DNA of 32,000 nucleotides from Candidatus Heimdallarchaeota archaeon B3_Heim (GCA_003144275.1 NJBF01000024.1:38992-70991), one strand, 5' to 3'. Shown: positions 1-10,170, counted from the stretch's first letter. Notes: generated by a model not told the origin, from the letters alone. A program made the numbers and translations.

Positions 1-2667
1 AAAACACCAAATGAAGGAGGGTATAATTTTAGTGTCTGGATTGAGTCTCAATCAGGAACGAGGATCTATACGGATTGTAATAAAACTGTGGGTGAGATAG
101 CTAATGATTGGAACATTACGGAAACAACTGCATCGTTACCTGTAGTCAATGGAACTTATCAGACATATGCATTCTGGGAGAATACCACAGAAAATCAAGT
201 GGGCTTCTATGCTCGCAATATTACTGTTTTTATCCATACTACACCTATTATAAACGCCCCAACAGAGGTAATTGAAGATACTTCATTAGAGATTATAGTC
301 TATTATAACGCGACTCACAATTCAACTGGAGTAAATAATGCTAATGTGACTGGTATGCCAGATTGGGGGGATCAAAAACCCGTTCAATTTGAACATTCAT
401 ATTCTCCTCATGGATATTACAACTATACATGGGATATTAATAGTTCTCATTTAGCAGGCCAACAACTCAATATAACAATTTTTCTTGAAATGCCTTGGCA
501 TATAAACCATACAGTTGTTTGGAATACAACTGTTGTCTATACCAGTACAATCACGGCATTAGATGTTCCAAATCCTTTGATTTTAGAATACGGACAGAGT
601 TACCTTCTGAGAGTCAATTATTCATCGGGAACCACATTTATCTCTGGAGCTACTATGATTGTAGATGGAGATAATGAAAATTTTACAGAAGAACCGAAAC
701 ATTTCTCCTATCTGCTATACACAACAAATTACAATAGCGGGGAAAGTTATTCTAATCTACTTATTCACCTCAATAACTCGGGTTATCTTTCGCAAGAATT
801 GTATTTCAACTTGACCATCACGGCGGGGCCAACAAGTGTTCATCAGGCCTATACACCTATAATAGCCTCTATTTATTATACTGAGAGTTATTCATTTGCT
901 GTGTTCTATGAAAATACTGTGGATAATGAAGGAATCACAAATGCGGATTCTTCTACCAGTCATCCATCAGCGATTGATTTCTGGTATTCTAATTCAAGTG
1001 GATATTACTTTTTCAATTTGAGTTCAAGTTCGCTATCTCTAGGTTCTTATACAATTAACGTTACTCTTAATCATTCTATCTATCAAGAAAATTTCATATT
1101 ACTGACATTCAACATTGTGGAAATGTCTACACAACCTTTAGATTCTTATAGTATTAGTAGTGATCAAATTATGGTAGAAGAAACCATTACAGTAACTATA
1201 GATGAGTTTCAAACTTACAAATCAGATAGCATTGGTACAATAGATAACGCATCAATTCTGTTAAATGGCTCCTCTGTTGATCCTAGTCTTGTTTCTTTTT
1301 CATCAAATGCTCCGTTTTCAATAGTACTAGACACAGCAGGTGTCCAATATGGAAAATACAATATGACGATCATTTTAAGCATTTATGGATATGAAAACCA
1401 AGCAATTTCATTTAATGTTTCTATAGATGGATATGAAACAGAAATAAGTGTTGAAATAAAACCTGGAACGAACATCCGACAAGGTGAAGACATTATTTTT
1501 ATTGCTACTTTAGCTTATGTCACTGAAGGTGGAGCTGGAGCGGGGGTCACTCAACAGGTTCCCCTAGGAAGAGTAATTATCACCTTTTATATTGTATTAG
1601 AATACGATAATGGGACTACACAAATCTACGAGGGAACAGAACTGACTGATGATTCAAGTTATCGAGCTACGTACACTATTGATGGTATCTATACTATAGA
1701 TGCTGTTAAACTCACAAACATTACAATCCACTCATCTCCTGGCTTATCAGGCTTACCTTATACTTATAAGATGTCAGCTACTGAATTAGAAACCTATGAA
1801 ATCCTTCCACCAGCAATAGACATTTTTGAATTAATCACTACTGTTTTAATTGCTGTGGTAGTTGTATTGATCTCTTTAGTCATTGCAGTTAGCACTATTC
1901 GTGTATTTCGTCGTAGAAGAAGATCCCGTAAACAACTCATTTTAAGACATGATATTGCTGTTGAGCAAAGCTTTGAAGACATAAAATCGATTCGTTTAAT
2001 TTTAGCTCGTCATCAATCAGGCTTACAATTCTATTCAGAAAAAACCATTGCTGAGCTCCAAACAGATACTGATGCTTTGTCTGGTATGAGTGCTGCTTTG
2101 TCCTCTTTCATGGAAGAACTGTCAGAAAGCATGACTTCCCAGTCTGAGGAGGTAAAAGAGCGTGATAAAATTGAATTTCTCAGTCGTGAGGGTTTACACA
2201 TGTTAATTTGGCACGGTAATCATTCCAGTTTTATCATTATCTCCGAGGTGCGATTACCTGAGTATTTCCAATCTCATTTGAAAGCTTTGGGAAACGAACT
2301 TGAGGATAAATACACGGCTGAATTGCAAGACTTCTATAGCAGCGACCAAATCCCTAATACCGTTGTTAAGAAGATGGTAAGGAAGTATATCCCTCTCCAC
2401 TACTTTTCTGCTTACGTAGCAAACGAAGGAGTTCTCACACTTGATTCTGTGAAGTTATCACGAAAACAGGCTAAGATGTTCAACGAAATTAAGAAGGTGA
2501 TGTTTAAAATTGAAGGAGCCCATTATTTCTTCTCTGAACAAATTATTTCGCATCTTTCCAAACGGTATAAACGTAGTGAAGCCATAGAATTCCTGGATCA
2601 GGCGATTAAAATCAATCTACTTATTGAAGCTGAACAAGAAGATTTACTGCAGTTGACTAAACTTTGA
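1..2667 (+). CDS. Large N-glycosylated cell-surface protein (beta-rich, Ig-like repeats), single TM helix, cytoplasmic longin/roadblock-like domain plus helical C-terminal domain; 5'-truncated by the window edge
   Basis: Frame is open from base 1 (KTPNEGGYNFSVW...) into the tracked ORF at 88. More than 20 N-x-S/T sequons; TM LITTVLIAVVVVLISLVIAV followed by RRRRRSRK; tail IRLILARHQSGLQFYSE...DTDALSGMSAALSSFMEEL fits the longin-like pattern common in Asgard membrane proteins. Confidence 0.8.
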   Translation, partial: KTPNEGGYNFSVWIESQSGTRIYTDCNKTVGEIANDWNITETTASLPVVNGTYQTYAFWENTTENQVGFYARNITVFIHTTPIINAPTEVIEDTSLEIIVYYNATHNSTGVNNANVTGMPDWGDQKPVQFEHSYSPHGYYNYTWDINSSHLAGQQLNITIFLEMPWHINHTVVWNTTVVYTSTITALDVPNPLILEYGQSYLLRVNYSSGTTFISGATMIVDGDNENFTEEPKHFSYLLYTTNYNSGESYSNLLIHLNNSGYLSQELYFNLTITAGPTSVHQAYTPIIASIYYTESYSFAVFYENTVDNEGITNADSSTSHPSAIDFWYSNSSGYYFFNLSSSSLSLGSYTINVTLNHSIYQENFILLTFNIVEMSTQPLDSYSISSDQIMVEETITVTIDEFQTYKSDSIGTIDNASILLNGSSVDPSLVSFSSNAPFSIVLDTAGVQYGKYNMTIILSIYGYENQAISFNVSIDGYETEISVEIKPGTNIRQGEDIIFIATLAYVTEGGAGAGVTQQVPLGRVIITFYIVLEYDNGTTQIYEGTELTDDSSYRATYTIDGIYTIDAVKLTNITIHSSPGLSGLPYTYKMSATELETYEILPPAIDIFELITTVLIAVVVVLISLVIAVSTIRVFRRRRRSRKQLILRHDIAVEQSFEDIKSIRLILARHQSGLQFYSEKTIAELQTDTDALSGMSAALSSFMEELSESMTSQSEEVKERDKIEFLSREGLHMLIWHGNHSSFIIISEVRLPEYFQSHLKALGNELEDKYTAELQDFYSSDQIPNTVVKKMVRKYIPLHYFSAYVANEGVLTLDSVKLSRKQAKMFNEIKKVMFKIEGAHYFFSEQIISHLSKRYKRSEAIEFLDQAIKINLLIEAEQEDLLQLTKL

Positions 2668-2700
2668 CAAACCAAAATTGATGATTGGAGCAATTATCTT

Positions 2701-3624
2701 ATGATAGGGAATTATTATCGATTTTGGCTCATTAACGAGCAAGGTTTGTATATTATCGACCAAAAACTTCAACGTCAAATAATCCTTACAAAAACTGATG
2801 AAGATAAATTGATTGCTGAACTTTATAATGATCCAGCTCTTGAAATGGATGATACTGCTATACTTCAGAAGAATCTACCTGAGTATGCGTTTTCTCGTTT
2901 ATATTATCAGAAGTACAAGAAAGATTTATACATTCTTTTAGCAGACGAAATGATTGATATCACGGACATCGATTTACAGCTCCAAACTCGGCGAAAAGAG
3001 CGTGATACACAACGAAAGAATTTAATAGGTATTGTAGTGGCAGCTTTTGATGATGCTAGGGGACCTAAGGTGGTTTATAGTCCCAGTTTCATTAATGAGG
3101 AAACTACATTGTTACTAGCCGTACAAGGGCAGACAATATCCTATATGGGGAAACTAAACGAATTTAAGGCTGGATTTAAGGAACCTCTAAATGTTCCCAA
3201 TCGTACGGATATGATACATGTAAGTTACGATTTCTTGGTTCCTGCTCCAAATAGTAAAGATCCTAGAATTGCATTGACAGGCAGGGTAATGAACTTATTT
3301 TTACTATTTCCTCGCAATTTACCATATTTAAAGGAAAAATCATTTTTACAATTCATTGAATCATTTATTGAGGAGTGGGTCCGTAATTGGATCGACTTTC
3401 AGAAAGAGAATGAGGGTAAATATCCAGTCAAATGGTTTGATGATCTCGTAGAAAATTTACGATCAACGGTAAATATTGCTATCGATTTAGCGACTCACGA
3501 TGAAAGAGAAATAAGAAAACTAAAAGACTTTGTAATGGATATTCTAGCTCAAAATCAAGTCCTAACATATCAAGTCCAGAAGTTAAAGAAAAAAATTAGG
3601 AAGCTAGAAGGGAAGGAGCCCTAA
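2701..3624 (+). CDS. uDENN/longin-like domain protein with C-terminal coiled coil
   Basis: LIGIVVAAFDDARGPKVVYSP matches the F-D-x-x-x-G-P-x-V-x-Y opening of uDENN longins (NPRL2/C9orf72/DENN type); heptad-like C-terminus NQVLTYQVQKLKKKIRKLE. Confidence 0.6.
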   Translation: MIGNYYRFWLINEQGLYIIDQKLQRQIILTKTDEDKLIAELYNDPALEMDDTAILQKNLPEYAFSRLYYQKYKKDLYILLADEMIDITDIDLQLQTRRKERDTQRKNLIGIVVAAFDDARGPKVVYSPSFINEETTLLLAVQGQTISYMGKLNEFKAGFKEPLNVPNRTDMIHVSYDFLVPAPNSKDPRIALTGRVMNLFLLFPRNLPYLKEKSFLQFIESFIEEWVRNWIDFQKENEGKYPVKWFDDLVENLRSTVNIAIDLATHDEREIRKLKDFVMDILAQNQVLTYQVQKLKKKIRKLEGKEP

Positions 3625-3929
3625 TGTTCCTCACTGAATGCTATTAAATTGATACTATCATAATATAGCTTGTTTTGTTTTATTTTTTACATGCTTTCCA
3701 AATTTTATGCCCTTTATTCATAATGTCGGATCCAAGAGACGAATAAATGGAAAAGAGAGAAAATATGCACGAAGTTAATTCAATAAGCTACATAAATAAA
3801 GGTCAACATAGTAGGTTAGACAATTCAAATCGAATGAAGGAAATTCCTTCACTGAAAAAATCTCTTTGATTTTGGTTAAAAGAGAGAATAAAAATCGAAA
3901 ACTACTTATTAACTCACATTAAAGGTTGA

Positions 3930-5165
3930 TTGTTCATGCGTGTGTTACATGTTCAAGGAAAAAAACTAGTTGAAATAAACAAGAAAAATGGATCCTTTGA
4001 ATTCTTGAATGGGGACGTATATATCATTGATAATTCTGATGTCTCCGCAGGCCTCAAGAAAAAGGTGTTCATCTGGTTAGGATCTCAAGCATATGCTGAT
4101 GATAGAGCAGTTGGTGCTTGGGCTGCAAAACAATTGGATCTCGCTGATAAAGAAATAGATATCGACACTGAAGTCGAAGGAAATGAATCAGCTGAGTTTA
4201 AAGGATTATTAGAATTCGTAGTCGTGACAGGAGACACACCTGGCTTTCTAAAGCACGTAGAAGTAAATAAAGAAGACATTAGCTATGCTCTTTACAGAGT
4301 CCGTGATACTGATCTTTCAGATGGTTCATCATCAGATGATATAGCAATTGAAAAAGTACCTTTGAACCGTGAAAGCTTTGTCTCTGATGACGTATTTGTA
4401 TTGGATGCTTTCGATGATCTGTATGTCTGGGTTGGTGCCAGCTCACAGATCGGTGAAAAAGTTGCAGGAAATCGTGTGGCACGGAAATTAGATGTAGATC
4501 GTGATAGAACCCCCATGGTTTACCAAATTAGAGAAGGGTACGAACCAGAGGGTTTTTGGGATCTTTTTAATTCCATAAGCAGCAGTGGTTTAACACGGAA
4601 AGACGATTCATCTGCTATTAGTGCAAGTATGAGTGGTTCTCTTACTGATCTAACTGCTCCAGTAGAACCAGCAACACCTCCTGCTGAATTAGCTCCTCCA
4701 CCTTCTAGTACTTCAACAGGTGAAATTTCAGGTCCACCACGAGAAGAACAATACGTTCCAAAACCTCCTCCAATAAAAGATGAACCTAAACCAAAACCCG
4801 AACCTACACCCCAACCAGTTCAGACTGGTTTCGGAGTAGCGCCCACAGCCCCCGTACCATCTAGAAAGACCCAATATACTTTATATTATGTCGACGGTGA
4901 ATTTACTGAATTAGGGGGAAGTGAATCTGCAACTCTTGAGATCAATGAGTCCACAAAGACAGCTGTTCTTTCATTTGCGGGGGGGTCAAGTTTAATAGCC
5001 CAAAGAACTGCTGGCCGCCAAGCACGAGGTATTTGTAAATCAGGTTTCGCTGTTAAGGCAGGTTACAGAATTGGCATAAAATGTGACCTTCAAGAAGTTC
5101 GTGGGGAAGAGGACATGGAACAGCGAGTTCAAAGATATAGAGAAGAAGGACGCAAATACGTTTAA
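3930..5165 (+). CDS. Two-domain gelsolin-family protein with Ser/Pro-rich linker and uncharacterised C-terminal domain
   Basis: Two gelsolin repeats: FLNGDVYIID...VFIWLGSQA...EVEGNESAEF and FVSDDVFVLD...LYVWVGASS...IREGYEPEGFW. TTG at 3930 or ATG at 3936. Confidence 0.9.
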   Translation: MFMRVLHVQGKKLVEINKKNGSFEFLNGDVYIIDNSDVSAGLKKKVFIWLGSQAYADDRAVGAWAAKQLDLADKEIDIDTEVEGNESAEFKGLLEFVVVTGDTPGFLKHVEVNKEDISYALYRVRDTDLSDGSSSDDIAIEKVPLNRESFVSDDVFVLDAFDDLYVWVGASSQIGEKVAGNRVARKLDVDRDRTPMVYQIREGYEPEGFWDLFNSISSSGLTRKDDSSAISASMSGSLTDLTAPVEPATPPAELAPPPSSTSTGEISGPPREEQYVPKPPPIKDEPKPKPEPTPQPVQTGFGVAPTAPVPSRKTQYTLYYVDGEFTELGGSESATLEINESTKTAVLSFAGGSSLIAQRTAGRQARGICKSGFAVKAGYRIGIKCDLQEVRGEEDMEQRVQRYREEGRKYV

Positions 5166-5179
5166 TTCTACTCCTTCAC

Positions 5180-5198
5180 TTTTTTTCCCTTTTTTTTT
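5180..5198 (+). terminator. Oligo-T archaeal-type terminator after the gelsolin gene
   Basis: T7-CCC-T9 tract 15 nt after the gelsolin stop, between convergent genes. Confidence 0.5.
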
Positions 5199-5219
5199 AT
5201 AGTTTCTAATCACTTATCT

Positions 5220-6428
5220 TCATAAGGATAAGACAATCTCATTATGTATTTGAAGCATTTCTTCTAGAATTAACGAAATCGTTTCGGGAACGTCAGAAAG
5301 AACATTCAATGGAATACACCTTTTTGCGTTCACACTAGCCAGTAAAATTTCATTTAACCCCCGAAGAATCATATCAGGAGAAAACCATGGTCTTTTGGAA
5401 GCCCACCACTGTTGACAGCTGTGTATTCCACGATCTAAAAAAGTACGAGCATTATCAAATAGTCGTTTTTGATCTGAATCCATTATTTCATAATATTTCT
5501 GGAGTAGATTAACGGTCGTAAGGGCATACATTATGAACTGATGTTGTTTTTGATGTAATTCATTCGATGGTTCAAACCACAAGGGAAACGGTACATTTCT
5601 CTCTAAATCATAAGGCATGGTACTCCAACTGGAAGCTCTTGGTATTTGGGTCTCCCCCTTGGGAAATTTTTCAACAATCTCAGACACTGTACACAAACGA
5701 ATATCATGCCTTGAAGGTAAATCATGGAATAATGGTAATAAAAAGTCTTTAATAGAATGTTTAACATGGTGTCCGAATGTTTCTCCGTCCATTGCAAGAA
5801 TAATATAATAATCATGATCCTGTGCCTTGTATTTAAGTCGGTTTGCAAAAGCTTCTACATTGTTTAGCTTATCAAAAGCACAGTCAATTGAAATATAATC
5901 ATCTCGAAAAACAAGATTTATCCCGCTTGAATGATGCTGTGAGATTACTGTTGTGGGAAAATCAGGCAAAGTATTTGCGATCCCTGATGCAATTACCCAA
6001 TCAAACTTTAATTTTCTTAATGCAGGAAAAATTTCCTCGCTAATAGCCATTTCAGGAGGAAAAAAGCCTCTTGGTTTATACACACTCCCAAAGTATTTCT
6101 TATTAGTATCATTATTCAGCTGAATTTGTCTAATTACTTCAGGTTCTGGAATGAGGGGTAATAGAGGATGAAACTTTGCAGAACCTGTGAAATCAATCTG
6201 ATTCCGAGATGCCAATGTTGTTATCTCTTCAATAATTTCTCCATATCCATAATCATCAAGTTGCTCTGTTAAAGTGGCATTAATGTTTAAGCTAATCTTT
6301 GTCTGAGGATTTTCTTTAAGAGCATTAACAAGGGGACGGTAGGATTCATTGACAATCTTCTTGACGACAGGAGCTATCTGTACAGGAGGTTGATAGATAT
6401 GCAATAGAAATGCAAAGTATACAGTCAT
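5220..6428 (-). CDS. Glycoside hydrolase family 57 protein
   Basis: GH57 conserved regions: LLHIYQPP, SAKFHPLLPL, GFFPPEMAI (nucleophile Glu), AMDGETFGHH, SSWS. Confidence 0.9.
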   Translation of the reverse strand: MTVYFAFLLHIYQPPVQIAPVVKKIVNESYRPLVNALKENPQTKISLNINATLTEQLDDYGYGEIIEEITTLASRNQIDFTGSAKFHPLLPLIPEPEVIRQIQLNNDTNKKYFGSVYKPRGFFPPEMAISEEIFPALRKLKFDWVIASGIANTLPDFPTTVISQHHSSGINLVFRDDYISIDCAFDKLNNVEAFANRLKYKAQDHDYYIILAMDGETFGHHVKHSIKDFLLPLFHDLPSRHDIRLCTVSEIVEKFPKGETQIPRASSWSTMPYDLERNVPFPLWFEPSNELHQKQHQFIMYALTTVNLLQKYYEIMDSDQKRLFDNARTFLDRGIHSCQQWWASKRPWFSPDMILRGLNEILLASVNAKRCIPLNVLSDVPETISLILEEMLQIHNEIVLSL

Positions 6429-6458
6429 TTGAAATCCCCAGCTTTTGTTGGTTGATTG

Positions 6459-7208
6459 TTAGAATTTTCCCATCGCTTCCTTTAGAAGGACTCGTGTATC
6501 GTGACTGTACCAACTATCAACAAACGATCTAATATGAGAATCTAATCCTGTTTTTATTTGATCAACTACTGGCATCTTTAAGTCAAGTTTGATCTTTGCA
6601 AAGGTTAATGATGGATTTTTAGCCAATGATTGGCATTTATCCAATGAATATTCAAATAATTCATCAGGAGGAATAATTTCATCGATAATTCCAATTTCTA
6701 GAAGCGATTCAGGTGGGTGAAATTCACCGTTATAAACAAAATCTTTTGTATGCTCTGATCCAATCATATTTTCGAGAATCTGTAAAGCAGGATAAGGTAC
6801 TGGTACTCCCAATTTAATTTCATTCAATCCCATAAGTTTCCTTTCCTGAGAAATGAATCTATAATCACAACAAAGCGCCAAGATGCACCCACCAGCTATG
6901 GCATGCCCATTTATTATTGCAATAGTCGGTTTAGGGAATAGATATAATTCAATACATAATTCATTAAATGCAGTATAAAATTGAGTAAATTTCTCTCTAG
7001 TATATTCATATAATTCGGGAATGTTAAGCCCGATGGAGAAGAATTTCGTATTAGCGCTAGTTAGGATGATAGCCCTAATTTCCTCGTCACTACCCATCTC
7101 AAGTAATTTTGCTCTTAGTTCAGAGACCAATTTAGGGCCAATAGCATTTGTTACTTCATTATTTAATTCAATAACTGCGATTTTTTGCTTAATTGTAATT
7201 TTTAGCAT
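6459..7208 (-). CDS. Enoyl-CoA hydratase/isomerase (crotonase) family, enoyl-CoA delta-isomerase-like
   Basis: KFFSIGLNI, PKPTIAIINGHAIAGGCILALCCDYRF, GLNEIKLGVP. Confidence 0.9.
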   Translation of the reverse strand: MLKITIKQKIAVIELNNEVTNAIGPKLVSELRAKLLEMGSDEEIRAIILTSANTKFFSIGLNIPELYEYTREKFTQFYTAFNELCIELYLFPKPTIAIINGHAIAGGCILALCCDYRFISQERKLMGLNEIKLGVPVPYPALQILENMIGSEHTKDFVYNGEFHPPESLLEIGIIDEIIPPDELFEYSLDKCQSLAKNPSLTFAKIKLDLKMPVVDQIKTGLDSHIRSFVDSWYSHDTRVLLKEAMGKF

Positions 7209-7332
7209 GATTCATACCCTCTGTTTGAAAATTTCTTTTAACTAATTCTCATTAAGAATGCCAAAGTTCTTTTATTTTCAGTTAATAAATCGACCTATCT
7301 TCAATCTAGTGCATCTTTTTTCGGTGAAAATT

Positions 7333-7497
7333 ATGTTAACATTTAAAGAAAAAGCAAGTTATGGTATAGGAAGGCTTGGATCATCTATTACTATTGATAT
7401 GGCTGATCTTTTTACTGGTTTTGTCAGCACTCTTTCATCTATTTTCATTTTTGAATCAGAAAAAATAGAAGTTGTCTTTCTTTTAACATCGAATTAA
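7333..7497 (+). pseudogene. N-terminal remnant of a GPH/MFS_2-type sugar transporter
   Basis: MLTFKEKASYGIGRLGSSITIDMADLF resembles the K-x-x-Y-G-x-G first helix of GPH transporters; stops after 54 codons. Confidence 0.5.
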
Positions 7498-7586
7498 ACG
7501 TAAAACAATTTAATTAGTTATTTTCTCGCTAGTTTTGACTCGTTTACAAATTTAATATATATACGAATCCCCTAAGGTAATTTGTG

Positions 7587-8864
7587 ATGATTGATATTAA
7601 AATTTTCCGTGAGAACCCAGAAATTATCCGTGAATCAGAAAAAAAGCGGTTTAATGACGTCTTACGCGTGGATAAAGTGATTAAATTCGATGAACAATGG
7701 CGTAAGCTGTTACAACAAGTTAATGATCTTCGTAAAGAACGAAATACAATTAGTCGTCAGATTGGTCCACTTAAGAAGAAAGGGGAAGATATTACTTCTC
7801 TAATGAAGCGAGTCAATAAGATCAAGACCGAAATTATAAGAATTGAGAAGAAAAGTAAGAAAGTTCTTGAAGAGCGGGACAGTTTGAGATATGTTATAGG
7901 AAATATTCTATTACCTGGAGTTCCAATCGCTGAAAATGAGGAAGGCGATGTAACAATTCGAACTTGGGGAGACAAGATTAAATTTAAGTTCCCAATAAAG
8001 AGCCATACAGATCTAGTAGAATCGCTTGATTTAGCAGAGCTCGGAAAAGCGGCTGAAGTGAGCGGTTCAAGAACATTTTACCTGAAAAATGATTTGGTGC
8101 TTCTAAACCTTGCATTGATTCAGTATGCAATCCAGGTATTGTCAGAAAAAGGATTTATTCCTTTCTGGACACCTCCCTTTCTCCGAAGAGATGTTATGGA
8201 ACGGGCAAGCGAATTATCAGATTTTGAGGAGCAGCTGTACCACGATAAGAATGAGGATGTTTTTTTCATTGCTACCTCAGAACAAACACTTGCTGCGTTG
8301 CATATGAATGAGTTACTTGATGTGGATACTCTTCCACGGAAATATTGCGGTCTCTCGCAATGCTACCGAAGAGAAGCAGGATCACATGGGAAGGATACAA
8401 AAGGAATATTTAGAGTACATCATTTTATGAAAGTTGAACAGTTCGTTTTTGCACATCCAGAATCATCAGAAGAGATGCAAGAAGAAATGATTAAGAACGC
8501 AGAAGATCTATTTCAAGGATTAAAACTTCCTTATCGTATAGTTAACATCGCTTCAGGTGAACTCAATGCCAATGCAGCAAAAAAATATGACCTTGAAGCA
8601 TGGTTCCCTGCTCAAAATGCGTATCGAGAATTGGTTTCTTGTTCAAATGTCACTGATTACCAAGCAAGAAAGCTAAATGTCACTACAGGAAAAGCTGGTG
8701 GAGAAAAAGCTTTTGTTCACACCTTGAACTCAACTGCAATTGCCATGGAACGAACTATATGTGCTCTATTGGAAAATTACCAGCAAGAAGATGGTTCCGT
8801 TGTAATACCTGAAGTATTACGCCCGTATATGCACGGAAAATCGATAATTGCATTGGTTGAATAG
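7587..8864 (+). CDS. serS: Seryl-tRNA synthetase (bacterial/eukaryal type)
   Basis: MIDIKIFREN start, N-terminal coiled coil, IATSEQTL, CYRREAGSHGKDTKGIFRVHHFMKVEQF, ELVSCSNVTDYQARKL, HTLNSTAIAMERTICALLENYQ. Confidence 0.97.
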   Translation: MIDIKIFRENPEIIRESEKKRFNDVLRVDKVIKFDEQWRKLLQQVNDLRKERNTISRQIGPLKKKGEDITSLMKRVNKIKTEIIRIEKKSKKVLEERDSLRYVIGNILLPGVPIAENEEGDVTIRTWGDKIKFKFPIKSHTDLVESLDLAELGKAAEVSGSRTFYLKNDLVLLNLALIQYAIQVLSEKGFIPFWTPPFLRRDVMERASELSDFEEQLYHDKNEDVFFIATSEQTLAALHMNELLDVDTLPRKYCGLSQCYRREAGSHGKDTKGIFRVHHFMKVEQFVFAHPESSEEMQEEMIKNAEDLFQGLKLPYRIVNIASGELNANAAKKYDLEAWFPAQNAYRELVSCSNVTDYQARKLNVTTGKAGGEKAFVHTLNSTAIAMERTICALLENYQQEDGSVVIPEVLRPYMHGKSIIALVE

Positions 8865-9020
8865 AGAGAGATTCACCTCCTCTTATCATTTTTCTTCTTT
8901 TTCGTATGAGATTTGGGGTTTTAAAGCAATTTAAAGCTATTAAATTATTATTTGCGAAAAATTGTATCAGATTCATTTAAATAGACTTTTTGGTCATGAC
9001 TTCCTCTAGGTGAGATACTC

Positions 9021-9344
9021 ATGAGTTTTGAGGAACCCGTGGATGAAGCAAGTTTAAAAAAGCGTAAAATGCCTTTAATTAACACATTCCCTCCTCCTGT
9101 CGATTCAAGTGAACTAACACCAACAGAACAGCGAGTTTATCTTCAATTATCTCTTGAATTCAGCATTATTTTGGAAGAAGCCCCTAGTTTTCAGATGGGA
9201 GCTTATCAATGGAATTTAATTCTTCCTAGTCGTCTCCAAACCTTCGCTTTGACAACTGAAACATGGGAAAAGCTATCCGCACTTGGTGATGGCTCTGAAG
9301 AGTTACAAGCTCAATTAGCAGATTTAGTAGAGCAATTTAATTAA
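9021..9344 (+). CDS. Hypothetical protein, 107 aa
   Basis: Fills the gap between serS and PAC2, has AGGTGA upstream of the ATG and a natural composition; no motif recognised. Confidence 0.6.
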   Translation: MSFEEPVDEASLKKRKMPLINTFPPPVDSSELTPTEQRVYLQLSLEFSIILEEAPSFQMGAYQWNLILPSRLQTFALTTETWEKLSALGDGSEELQAQLADLVEQFN

Positions 9345-9356
9345 TTGATTATCTGG

Positions 9357-10145
9357 TTAGATGTACGTTTTATCTGGTTTACCGATTTGTTTTTCATCAT
9401 CAACCGCAGCACTAGCTTGTCCTCTCATCGATAGGGCTAATTGTTCAATTTTTTCAGCCTGAGCTAGAATTGGTTCTATCCCAATATTTAACGATGGAAC
9501 TAGTTGATTTAAAACTTCAATAATACGGGCAGCTGTTCGTATTTCAGGATAATGTTGCCGTACTTCCCCCAATAAAACGATAACCTCAGATTTATTGAAC
9601 CAACCTTCATTAAGTAATACCGCACTTAACCCCTTAATCACACCATGATTCAAGGGGGGGATTTGTTTAGAGTCCAATATCGCTCTACATGAATCAGTTG
9701 TTCCCACTCCGAAAAGTTTCACAGGTAATTGCTGTGGAGAATGTGCTTGTTCACTAACAAATCCTTCTATGGATAATATTCGACTGATTCCTTTCTCTTT
9801 TGCCCAGTTAAAAATTTTTCTTCCAATTTCACGAGTAATGGGAGCATACTGGGGTATCTCTGAGGCAAGAAGAGCGATTTTAATATCTTCATTTTTATTC
9901 GCATAAATGCGTATAGGAAATTTGGGTCTATTGAAATATACCATACAAACTGAGGGTAATTGACTACTATCTCCTACAGCCACCTGATCATAATTCCAAT
10001 GTTCTGGTCTCCCACCAGCCTCTAGAATTATGTTAGCAACTATCAAAGCTAAACTACTTGTTGAAGGAAAACACTCAATTAGGGTTCCTCCAGCTAGGTC
10101 AATATCTGCAATGTCTCGTATCTCAAAATCATGAATAGCTTGCAT
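9357..10145 (-). CDS. Proteasome assembly chaperone, PAC2 family (PbaA/PbaB-like)
   Basis: TLIECFPS, PKFPIRIY, ALLASEIP, RILSIEG, GVIKGLSAVLL, PEIRTAARII, LLAQAEKIE-type helix (ILAQAEKIE); C-terminal YI. Confidence 0.85.
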   Translation of the reverse strand: MQAIHDFEIRDIADIDLAGGTLIECFPSTSSLALIVANIILEAGGRPEHWNYDQVAVGDSSQLPSVCMVYFNRPKFPIRIYANKNEDIKIALLASEIPQYAPITREIGRKIFNWAKEKGISRILSIEGFVSEQAHSPQQLPVKLFGVGTTDSCRAILDSKQIPPLNHGVIKGLSAVLLNEGWFNKSEVIVLLGEVRQHYPEIRTAARIIEVLNQLVPSLNIGIEPILAQAEKIEQLALSMRGQASAAVDDEKQIGKPDKTYI

Positions 10146-10170
10146 AATTTCTCTTATGAGATCTCGCTTC

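Noticed and set aside
3166-3176. 11-nt reverse-complement match to the core of the 28-bp repeat
   Set aside because: Short, inside a coding sequence, flanks do not match; consistent with chance.
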